IMG/VR virus record: IMGVR_UViG_3300020045_002555
Location: 1-33,177 of that record
Length of the DNA: 33,177 bases
Source of the DNA: a virus
Taxonomy: Duplodnaviria > Caudoviricetes
Direction: 5' to 3' (one strand)
The notes beneath the pieces were generated by a model. That model ran no database searches, was not told the origin of the DNA, and saw only the letters and a program-made list of their open reading frames with translations. Position numbers and translations under genes: made by a program. This document shows positions 1-6,793 of this stretch, piece after piece. Numbering within the stretch: position 1 is the stretch's first letter; each line of letters begins with the position of its first letter.

Positions 1-44
1 AAAACGTCTAAATCATTTTCATATCGGTAGAGTGTATTTTTCAT
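1..44 (-). CDS. 5' fragment of hypothetical protein (MKNTLYRYENDLDV...), truncated by window edge
   Basis: ATG overlaps the TGA of ORF 41..331 (ATGA coupling); frame open to base 1. Confidence 0.55.
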   Translation of the reverse strand, partial: MKNTLYRYENDLDV

Positions 45-331
45 CTTATCCTCACAATCTCCAGCATATCGCTCGTATCAATCATTGCAAAAATTGGCAA
101 TGACAATTGTTTATTATAACGCTTAACTGTGCTAACAGCAAGCGCTATTTTATGGGGCAATGTTTCGCGTTTATGGATGTGGAGTGCATCGCCTACTTTC
201 AGCTTTGCAAGTGGCAATACCTGCTTGCGGCTAGTGGTAATGGGGTTTGGGTCGCCATGATGCCCACAAATAACCCCCTGACCGACGATTGAGGCTAAAC
301 CATACCTGTAAGGAATAACTGTAGCGCGCAT
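41..331 (-). CDS. Hypothetical small basic protein, possible DNA binder; N-terminal IPYRYG module
   Basis: 96-aa ORF coupled to upstream stop (TAATG); LPLAKLKVGDALHI...RYNK...F..ID...EIVRIR pattern resembles ORF 1329..1646. Confidence 0.7.
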   Translation of the reverse strand: MRATVIPYRYGLASIVGQGVICGHHGDPNPITTSRKQVLPLAKLKVGDALHIHKRETLPHKIALAVSTVKRYNKQLSLPIFAMIDTSDMLEIVRIR

Positions 332-501
332 TAATACCCTCTAATGTTTTCAATAGCACTAACTGGAACCAAATTACCAAAATCGTCGGTCACTGCAAAA
401 TAATGATAATCGCAACTTTCATAGCATGACCACACTGGTGAATGAGGCTCACACCTGATAGCAAATGAACCATATGAACCATGCACTATTTCTCTTTCCA
501 T
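331..501 (-). CDS. Hypothetical protein (56 aa, MEREIVHG...DDFGNLVPV)
   Basis: GGAGAA RBS before ATG at 501; shorter start preferred to the 690 start in the ORF track. Confidence 0.65.
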   Translation of the reverse strand: MEREIVHGSYGSFAIRCEPHSPVWSCYESCDYHYFAVTDDFGNLVPVSAIENIRGY

Positions 502-514
502 ATTTATTCTCCAA

Positions 515-580
515 TTAAATAAGCCCAACCCCAATGATAGAGGCCAGACCATAGCGATATGGGATGCAGGTAGCTTGCAT
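515..580 (-). CDS. 21-aa micropeptide MQATCIPYRYGLASIIGVGLI
   Basis: Paralogue of first 21 aa of ORF 41..331 with mostly synonymous differences; starts 6 nt after upstream stop. Confidence 0.6.
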   Translation of the reverse strand: MQATCIPYRYGLASIIGVGLI

Positions 581-586
581 GGATTA

Positions 587-727
587 TTACGGTATGCGGC
601 CACCGGGATAAACAAGTCTCGCGCCTTTTGCACGAGATATGTATCGACGAGCATCAGCATATTTACCACGCTTGCGGTAAGTAGCTGCAATATTAAGGTA
701 TTCGGCGTGCCATGTGTGCATTTTCAT
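587..727 (-). CDS. Hypothetical basic protein (46 aa, MKMHTWHAEYL...)
   Basis: TTAATTGGAGAA RBS identical to that of the 501 gene; translated by hand. Confidence 0.6.
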   Translation of the reverse strand: MKMHTWHAEYLNIAATYRKRGKYADARRYISRAKGARLVYPGGRIP

Positions 728-769
728 TTTCTCCAATTAATAAACCCCATCAGGATAGGCCTGTCGTAC

Positions 770-949
770 CTATACGGAATTACCGTTAGTTGTATTGAAA
801 TTCGGCATATTTAGCGGCAATATAACTGCCTGTGGTAATTTTTTAGCGCTAGTGATTCGAAGACCGGGAAATGCAAATACTGAGCGAATATTGCTATTTG
901 CAATTATTGCAGCGCGGATTTCGTTCTTCAGGTTGTCTTTCTTTTTCAT
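770..949 (-). CDS. Hypothetical protein (59 aa, MKKKDNLKNEIR...)
   Basis: Same 26-bp leader as gene 976..1179; translated by hand. Confidence 0.45.
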   Translation of the reverse strand: MKKKDNLKNEIRAAIIANSNIRSVFAFPGLRITSAKKLPQAVILPLNMPNFNTTNGNSV

Positions 950-975
950 TCATTTCTTTCGTTTGGTTGCATTGG

Positions 976-1179
976 TTAAGCCCGTTCCTCAATCCATTCA
1001 ATAGCGGCTTCTACCGATATGCACGCTGCACATATATAGTCATCTTTAAAAATAGCAATTGAAGGTTCAAAAATTTGACTCATACTGATTTCATACCCTT
1101 TATACATAAATTGGGCGACAGCTTTAACATGAGTGCCGCCAACATCGCTAATTCTAAAATCTCTATGATTGAATTTCAT
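976..1179 (-). CDS. Hypothetical early protein
   Basis: 67-aa ORF with TAGAAT -10 at 1211-1216 and purine-rich leader. Confidence 0.7.
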   Translation of the reverse strand: MKFNHRDFRISDVGGTHVKAVAQFMYKGYEISMSQIFEPSIAIFKDDYICAACISVEAAIEWIEERA

Positions 1180-1328
1180 TCATTTCTTTCGTTTGGTTGT
1201 TGATGTGTCAATTCTACACACTAATCCCATTCATTTTGTCGAATTCATCAATTATTTGCAAAATAAATGCAAAGGCACTAGGACGCCCCACAAGGCCCGC
1301 AAAGCACTCACCCTGCCACTGCCCCTAC

Positions 1329-1646
1329 CTATTCCATATTAGTCGCTTCTAGGGGCCTTTGCGGCAGCCAGGATTTCGTTTCCGTAGATTGCCCACATTG
1401 AGCTACCTCAGATTTGTAGAAAACCTCGAACCCATGCTCACCATGATCGACGACTTTGAACTGGCGACCCAGCTTTTTGCCGTATCGGTTTGCCAGTGTG
1501 CGTAATACGTTGATGTTCAAAACTTCATCTTTACCCACACTAAATGATAGCCCCAATGGGACTACATCAAATGGGAAGTTGTATTTCCGTTCCATCTGGC
1601 GGCGTGGTGTGCTGATTGCTTTGTGGCTGGGGGCAAAAAATGTCAT
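1329..1646 (-). CDS. Small phage protein, putative DNA binder (105 aa)
   Basis: KYNFPFD...G.SFSV...R..A.RYGKK.GR.FKV...G.EV pattern common in small phage proteins; start reassigned to MTFFAPS. Confidence 0.65.
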   Translation of the reverse strand: MTFFAPSHKAISTPRRQMERKYNFPFDVVPLGLSFSVGKDEVLNINVLRTLANRYGKKLGRQFKVVDHGEHGFEVFYKSEVAQCGQSTETKSWLPQRPLEATNME

Positions 1647-1820
1647 GAATTGATTCCGGTAATTGGTAAAACGACAGTGTAACACAGAAACGACTAAGCA
1701 AACGAGAAAACGCTGAGAAAAATCCATATAGAACGGCTTTTCGGGCATCGGCTGGCATTGCAAACTGTTATATAACGACATAACAGTCTAACTAACTAAT
1801 ACTTTAATATAATAATAAGA

Positions 1821-1836
1821 ATATATATATATATAT
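1821..1836. repeat. (AT)8 dinucleotide run in AT-rich tract
   Basis: Seen directly. Confidence 0.95.
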
Positions 1837-1972
1837 AGATAAGATAAGTGTATCATTGTAAAGGGGTAGATTTACAGCCCTTTACACTCTTTGTAAACGA
1901 TGGCTCTTTTTGCATGTTCTGCGGCTCTACACATATTTTCTTATTCTTACTGAAATCGAAATTCTTCAATGA

Positions 1973-1985
1973 AATCAATGACTTA
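1973..1985 (+). promoter_or_regulatory. IHF consensus site
   Basis: AATCAATGACTTA matches WATCAANNNNTTR with AT-rich upstream flank, in non-coding DNA. Confidence 0.6.
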
Positions 1986-2084
1986 CAGCACTGTGTTGTA
2001 ATCACGAGACACTGTTAAAAGCGTTATAAACTTACTCATCAACAACGACGGAAAACAATAACAATATTAAAACAAGCATAACAT

Positions 2085-2187
2085 TGTAAAGCAGACACAT
2101 TATTTACAATGTCTGCACAAAAAGCATGTAAAGCAGACATTTTGCCGCAGACACACCCTTTACACATGCTAGAATGTCTGCTTTACA
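2085..2187. repeat. Direct and inverted TGTAAAGCAGACA repeats around a promoter
   Basis: Full 13-mer at 2085, 2127 and inverted at 2175; half-sites at 2103, 2110, 2147, 2159; TGcTAGAAT extended -10 at 2167-2175. Confidence 0.85.
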
Positions 2188-2205
2188 CACCTCAGACAGG
2201 AAATT

Positions 2206-3249
2206 ATGAAAAACGAAGCCTTTTTTGCATACAGCAAAATAATTGCATTGTTGAATAGCTCAGTTGAAAAATTGGGAAATGGCGAGATATTCGCGCTTGA
2301 GAAGTCTATTGTGGGCAGTGATTTACGATATGCCGACATAAGAATTTACACCGATACCATATCGAAAGGATCGAAACGGTTTGTCGTTATGGAAAATGAT
2401 TTCACATTTGACATTATGCGAGTTGAATGCAATTGCAACTTAAAAAAAATGTATGAGTTGCTGAAACCAGAACAAAATCCCGGACTGGATCATGCCAGAG
2501 ACATTGTGCTGCGCCTATTGAACGTCTATCTTGACTCATCGTGGATGAAAGCTAAATCAATATCTAATTGCATTGATGCCAAAATGTTTGACGATAAGGT
2601 TATCAGTTATTCATGGCTGCAACGTAAAACTAGTGCGATTTCGCTTTTCAAGAATTGCGGAAACCCTTTAGAATTGCTGCGCTTTACCGTGGCCGAACTG
2701 GTTAAATCGGGGGGGCTGGCTGAAGTTGACGGCTTTAAATACAAAACAAACGCAAAGCTTTACCGGATAACCATTGCCAGGGATTCGGATGACGTACCCA
2801 CAATAATCGAAGTGGATAGCCCCTTGACCGCTATTGAACAAAAGAAAAAAAATCAGTTGGCCTATATTGCCGAAATTGTCATCCCAAAATTAACGCGCCC
2901 CGATAGCATTCCTTTAGAGATAACGGATGACATTGTTTTGACGTTTGATGACATACGTGAATACCTGACAAGCATATCCAACGAGGTTGCCCGCTATGGC
3001 GTGACGTTAGATAAATCTAATTACGTAATTGCCAGAACTATGGACAACTTCAGCTTAAAAGATTTTTATCGCGACATTGACAAAGCTGTTGAAGAAAAGC
3101 AAAAAGGCTATCGCGGTAAGAAGCGATCTACACCAGCCCCAGCACCAGCGGCCACGGCTGAACCTACTCAGGATCAACCCGCCACCCCACCAGCCAAATC
3201 AACCGCTGACTGGCTCAATGCACAATCCGCAAATGGCTGGAAAGAATAG
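2206..3249 (+). CDS. Hypothetical protein with a domain paralogous to the primase-helicase C-terminus (probable winged helix)
   Basis: 347 aa, AGGA RBS; aa ~95-189 align to last ~100 aa of 6794..9154; Pro/Ala-rich tail. Confidence 0.85.
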   Translation: MKNEAFFAYSKIIALLNSSVEKLGNGEIFALEKSIVGSDLRYADIRIYTDTISKGSKRFVVMENDFTFDIMRVECNCNLKKMYELLKPEQNPGLDHARDIVLRLLNVYLDSSWMKAKSISNCIDAKMFDDKVISYSWLQRKTSAISLFKNCGNPLELLRFTVAELVKSGGLAEVDGFKYKTNAKLYRITIARDSDDVPTIIEVDSPLTAIEQKKKNQLAYIAEIVIPKLTRPDSIPLEITDDIVLTFDDIREYLTSISNEVARYGVTLDKSNYVIARTMDNFSLKDFYRDIDKAVEEKQKGYRGKKRSTPAPAPAATAEPTQDQPATPPAKSTADWLNAQSANGWKE

Positions 3250-3251
3250 AC

Positions 3252-3275
3252 AAAGAAAAAGCCCCGTGAGGGGCT
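3252..3275 (-). terminator. Intrinsic terminator between convergent genes
   Basis: AGCCCC-GTGA-GGGGCT hairpin with U-tract on minus strand. Confidence 0.75.
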
Positions 3276-3298
3276 ATATAAGGGCGCTGGAGAGGCGA

Positions 3299-3478
3299 CT
3301 ATTGGGGCAGGTTAGGCCAAAGGTCAAAGCGCACGTCTGCGATCTCTACATAGACGCCATCAGCAAGCATCTCACACCCTAAATGTGCGTTACGCATGTG
3401 CCAGCATGAGATTTCATCAAGGTCAATGCTTGCTTTTTGAATTTCTTTACCGCATGTGGTTACTATTGTGCGAATCAT
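3299..3478 (-). CDS. Hypothetical protein (59 aa, MIRTIVTTCGK...)
   Basis: TAAGGA RBS and TATAAT at 3507-3512; translated by hand. Confidence 0.65.
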   Translation of the reverse strand: MIRTIVTTCGKEIQKASIDLDEISCWHMRNAHLGCEMLADGVYVEIADVRFDLWPNLPQ

Positions 3479-3573
3479 TTGGTAGTCCTTATTAGTTGTT
3501 GAATGAATTATAGCTTAGATTTACCGCCTTTCGTTACCATAATCAATTTAAGCAAAAAATAAACCACAAAAAG

Positions 3574-3594
3574 AAAAAAGCCCATTCAAGGGCT
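3574..3594 (-). terminator. Intrinsic terminator
   Basis: AGCCC-TTGAAT-GGGCT followed by T-run downstream of 3619..3822. Confidence 0.65.
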
Positions 3595-3618
3595 AGAAGT
3601 TGGAGGGTTAGAAGGCGG

Positions 3619-3822
3619 TCATGCGAGCCCGAGTGATTTATTAAGCACCTTAGCCTTTTCGTCAGCCTGTGCGGGGTCATTTATCAGAGCATCGTACCAT
3701 TCTGCACGGGCCTTGCGAATGGCCGCATTCTTTGCTGTATTGTCAGCGTTCAATTTGTTGTAAAATTTTTCCGATACACCGAGAACGTTCACGGCAAAAT
3801 TTTTGTGTTGGGTTGCGTTCAT
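3619..3822 (-). CDS. Hypothetical early protein
   Basis: GGAG RBS, TATAAT at 3852-3857. Confidence 0.75.
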   Translation of the reverse strand: MNATQHKNFAVNVLGVSEKFYNKLNADNTAKNAAIRKARAEWYDALINDPAQADEKAKVLNKSLGLA

Positions 3823-3896
3823 TTTGGTAGCTCCGATTTGTTGATGAATTAATTATACACCGCAAAATCTTAGTAAGTAGACTTTGCGGTTATTAT

Positions 3897-4223
3897 TTAA
3901 CGGTAAAGATTGCCACCGTGAACATTGCAGGGTTTATCTTTACCAACGTCACAATTTTCGTTAAAGATTGACCCGCGTTTGCCTTTCGCTGGTGCATTGC
4001 AGCCAGCGGCTTTCAGAATGTCACCGTTTGAAAGGTCGATAAAACAATACACCGATTTTTGGCAACCTGTTTCAATGAGTACCTTGGCGTTTTTCTTTCC
4101 CATACGAATTTCAACGCCTGATTCTGGTTTGAAATAGTTGGGAATGGGAAAAGACTTGAATTCTTCAGTGTAAAGCGCGATAAGTGCAGCTTTGAAGGAT
4201 TCGATTTGTGTGGTGATGTTCAT
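3897..4223 (-). CDS. Conserved phage protein of unknown function (108 aa)
   Basis: F(I)D...GDILKAA...APAK..RG.I motif recalled from many phages; AGGAG RBS before MNITTQ. Confidence 0.8.
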   Translation of the reverse strand: MNITTQIESFKAALIALYTEEFKSFPIPNYFKPESGVEIRMGKKNAKVLIETGCQKSVYCFIDLSNGDILKAAGCNAPAKGKRGSIFNENCDVGKDKPCNVHGGNLYR

Positions 4224-4289
4224 GATTAGCTCCTGTTTAGATGACTCTATTGTATACGGCAATTAGTTGCTCTCAACTCTTTTCGCTAA

Positions 4290-4544
4290 TTATTTATATT
4301 GTCTAGCCAAAAATTCAGCTTCAGGATAACCAAAAATTTTCGATTCTGGTACGCCGTCTTTGCTCTTATCAGCGTAAGACATACAAATACACATCACGCC
4401 GTCAAACTCTGTTACTGGGCCAAATTTGTCGCCGTTAAGTTCCAACTTCTTTGCCAGTGGCAACAATTTTGCGTCAAGTTCATCAAAGCGAACTGTTACC
4501 GTGTAATTTTCAAAGGCGATTTTCAGTTTTTGGTTGTTTTTCAT
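4290..4544 (-). CDS. Hypothetical early protein
   Basis: GGAG RBS; TTGACG-16-TATAAT promoter. Confidence 0.75.
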   Translation of the reverse strand: MKNNQKLKIAFENYTVTVRFDELDAKLLPLAKKLELNGDKFGPVTEFDGVMCICMSYADKSKDGVPESKIFGYPEAEFLARQYK

Positions 4545-4571
4545 AATTAGCTCCGGTTAGTGTATGCGGCA

Positions 4572-4599
4572 ATTATACACTGTAATTCGTATCCGTCAA
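4572..4599 (-). promoter_or_regulatory. Sigma70-type promoter
   Basis: TTGACG-N16-TATAAT. Confidence 0.75.
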
Positions 4600-4814
4600 C
4601 CATTTAACCAAACTTTTTCCATTTTCTCAAGTGCTTTATCGTATGCCCACAATACACCGTTAGCCATGATCACCCGTACCCCGTCAAGCTGGAAACCTTC
4701 AGGGAAAATAACGGTCAGATGTGTGGTTGATTCGGTCACTGATAGCGCCATGCAATGCGCCTTGACTTTGGCGCGGGCTTCGCTAACGGCTTTTATGTTG
4801 GTTTGGATGGTCAT
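4596..4814 (-). CDS. Hypothetical early protein
   Basis: 72-aa ORF in co-oriented run. Confidence 0.65.
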   Translation of the reverse strand: MTIQTNIKAVSEARAKVKAHCMALSVTESTTHLTVIFPEGFQLDGVRVIMANGVLWAYDKALEKMEKVWLNG

Positions 4815-4848
4815 TGTGGGTATCTTTCAAGCTCCGAAGGGCTATTGA

Positions 4849-5052
4849 TTAACGTGACTTAATGGCAATAAATAAACCATTTTCTTCAGTACCGTGGGTC
4901 AAATACATGTTTTTGAATGGATACCCTTTTACTGCAATGGGTGTGGGTTTCGTTTCTTTTTTGTCTGCAAAATATTGCTTTATTGAGCGGTTGTCGGCAT
5001 CATTACGGTCAAAAGATAAAACGCCGTTTGTTGTTTCAATGTGATAGATCAT
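4849..5052 (-). CDS. Hypothetical early protein
   Basis: 67-aa ORF; TGcTATAAT at 5086-5094. Confidence 0.7.
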   Translation of the reverse strand: MIYHIETTNGVLSFDRNDADNRSIKQYFADKKETKPTPIAVKGYPFKNMYLTHGTEENGLFIAIKSR

Positions 5053-5181
5053 TTTGCGTCTTTCGTTAATTTGTTTCGATAAGGAATTATAGCACGGAAT
5101 TGACGTTAATGTATCAATAAACGATTACTGTGTAAAACGTATCCGGTTCATCGTCCTCAAATTTACATTGCTTTTCAATAG

Positions 5182-5370
5182 TCAGCACTGGATTTTAACT
5201 TTTGACGCAAATGCAATTGCAGCTTGATTATGATTAGCGCCATACACCAGCAGGCAAGTGTCGGCACTGCCGTATGCTGGGCAACGTGCAATGACGATGT
5301 TGGTATCGTTACCGAATGCTTTTCTAGCCGTTGTATTGAAAGATACCAGAGTTTCGCTTAATGTTGTCAT
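5182..5370 (-). CDS. Hypothetical early protein (62 aa, MTTLSETL...)
   Basis: AAGGA RBS; TTGGCA-16-TACAAT promoter. Confidence 0.65.
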   Translation of the reverse strand: MTTLSETLVSFNTTARKAFGNDTNIVIARCPAYGSADTCLLVYGANHNQAAIAFASKVKIQC

Positions 5371-5511
5371 ATCGTTTCCTTGTTGATGAATGAATTGTAG
5401 CCTAACTTCGCCACTTGCCAAGCACAAAACAAAAATAAATTTTCTTTTTCGCTAACACTTTGCGGCTTAGAATTGTGGTGTAGAATTGACACATCTAAAC
5501 GAAAGGCACTT

Positions 5512-5682
5512 ATGAACATCAAGAATAAAACCATCATGGTCGCTATGCAATATGAAGGCGCTCTCGCCGCCGATATGGTCGCCCGTGGCTGGGAACCCAC
5601 TCTGTACGCTGTAACCGGCCCGCGTGGGGGCTGCGTGATGGCGTGGAAGTCGCTAAAGACTGGCGAATATGACAAGCTCTGA
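5512..5682 (+). CDS. Hypothetical early protein (56 aa)
   Basis: AAAGG RBS; TAGAAT at 5481-5486; TGPRGG motif. Confidence 0.7.
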   Translation: MNIKNKTIMVAMQYEGALAADMVARGWEPTLYAVTGPRGGCVMAWKSLKTGEYDKL

Positions 5683-5944
5683 AATAGCCCACATTTGGGC
5701 ATTGGCTGACGCCCGGATGAATGCGGGTGAACCCAAGCACAGGGATGGTCATCTAGCCTACTCAATGGCACCGGGTGACAGTGAAATCAGCTCGCGCCTA
5801 TGGGTGACCGAATCTGAAGCAGACCGGCTGCACATGCTCAAGCTGGCGCTGCCGAGTGCGGGACAAGAAGCCTACGATGCAAAGCAAAGATTAATTGTGA
5901 AAATAATTAAGCGAAGAATTTTGCAGTTAAGCGTTAAACGATAA
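5669..5944 (+). CDS. Hypothetical protein
   Basis: 91-aa ORF overlapping upstream gene end. Confidence 0.65.
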   Translation: MTSSEIAHIWALADARMNAGEPKHRDGHLAYSMAPGDSEISSRLWVTESEADRLHMLKLALPSAGQEAYDAKQRLIVKIIKRRILQLSVKR

Positions 5945-5987
5945 AATTGTGGTGTTATAATTGTTTATCAACTACCGAAGGCTAATT

Positions 5988-6146
5988 ATGAAAAACTTTA
6001 CAGCACGATTCAACTTTGCCAAAACTAATGGTTACAAAGGCACAGAGCGGGAATATATCCAAAATCAATACGCTGGTTATGCCACAATCTGCAAACGTTG
6101 CGACATTGAACCAATGACCTATGAAAGCTGGTTAGCCAATGCATAA
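5988..6146 (+). CDS. Hypothetical protein (52 aa, MKNFTARF...)
   Basis: GAAGG RBS; TGtTATAAT at 5953-5961. Confidence 0.7.
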   Translation: MKNFTARFNFAKTNGYKGTEREYIQNQYAGYATICKRCDIEPMTYESWLANA

Positions 6147-6303
6147 GCCGCAAAGATGGTACGAAATCATAGACGGTCAAGCATACGTCTATGATTCGCC
6201 ACACTCTAAAACTGCGCAGTTTATGTCAATTGTGAAGCCTTCAGACCTTACCTATTATCGCAATAATTTTGATTTGCGTAAGTGCTGGGAAATTGCCGCA
6301 TAA
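6139..6303 (+). CDS. Hypothetical protein (54 aa, MHKPQRWYEIIDGQ...)
   Basis: Overlaps upstream stop, ends just before terminator; translated by hand. Confidence 0.6.
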   Translation: MHKPQRWYEIIDGQAYVYDSPHSKTAQFMSIVKPSDLTYYRNNFDLRKCWEIAA

Positions 6304-6307
6304 AATT

Positions 6308-6328
6308 AGCCCCATAATCGGGGCTTTT
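6308..6328 (+). terminator. Intrinsic terminator
   Basis: AGCCCC-ATAATC-GGGGCT-TTT. Confidence 0.75.
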
Positions 6329-6384
6329 CGCGTTTGACTGCCTGCCTGCGCCGCTGGGCTGGGCTGGGCTGGCACCCAAACCCC

Positions 6385-6575
6385 CTATCGTGGGAAAGTA
6401 GCCAGCAATTCGCCTATCATGGGAACGCACACGCCAAATGTACTATCATGGGAATGTGTCTAATGTTTGCGGAAATCACCTATCATGGGAAATTGGCCGC
6501 CGTTTTGGGTATCATGGGAATGTACACACTATTCACCAATTAAAACCATTTTTCAATTTATACCCATCGTGGGAA
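6385..6575 (+). repeat. Six direct 12-bp repeats, consensus CTATCRTGGGAA (iteron-like)
   Basis: Starts 6385, 6414, 6443, 6480, 6509, 6564. Confidence 0.9.
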
Positions 6576-6586
6576 TGTACGCACGC

Positions 6587-6724
6587 AAAGAAAAACCCAC
6601 CCAATATTGCTACTGAGCGGGGTTCCTTGGATAGTTGCCTGTGGTTTCGGCGTTTGTTCGCAGTCTGCATATTATTGCAGCGGCATAGCTCTTTCACCGT
6701 TAATGTCTATGCTATGACCATCGT
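6587..6724 (-). ncRNA. Putative ~138-nt structured small RNA
   Basis: TGaTAGAAT at 6731-6739, several stems, terminator with GCAA loop and U-tract, no credible ORF. Confidence 0.5.
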
Positions 6725-6753
6725 GAGCGAATTCTATCACAAACCAAATGCAC

Positions 6754-6772
6754 AAAACCCGCTAACGCGGGT
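6754..6772 (-). terminator. Terminator of primase gene
   Basis: ACCCGC-GTTA-GCGGGT-TTT. Confidence 0.65.
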
Positions 6773-6793
6773 GTATTTTCGTCTTGTCTTTGC

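Noticed and set aside
528-760. CTATCATTGGG and CTATCCTGATGGG as outlying iterons
   Set aside because: Imperfect and explained by codons of the IPYRY module
894-953. TAG read-through or recoding suggested by MNEKERQPEERNPRCNNCK*
   Set aside because: TAG ends primase, polymerase and 347-aa genes normally; more stops follow
6385-6575. CRISPR or TIGR array
   Set aside because: 12-bp non-palindromic repeats, 17-43-nt spacers, no alternating dual repeats, no cas or Nop-domain gene recognised
6587-6724. Hammerhead ribozyme
   Set aside because: No CUGANGA core
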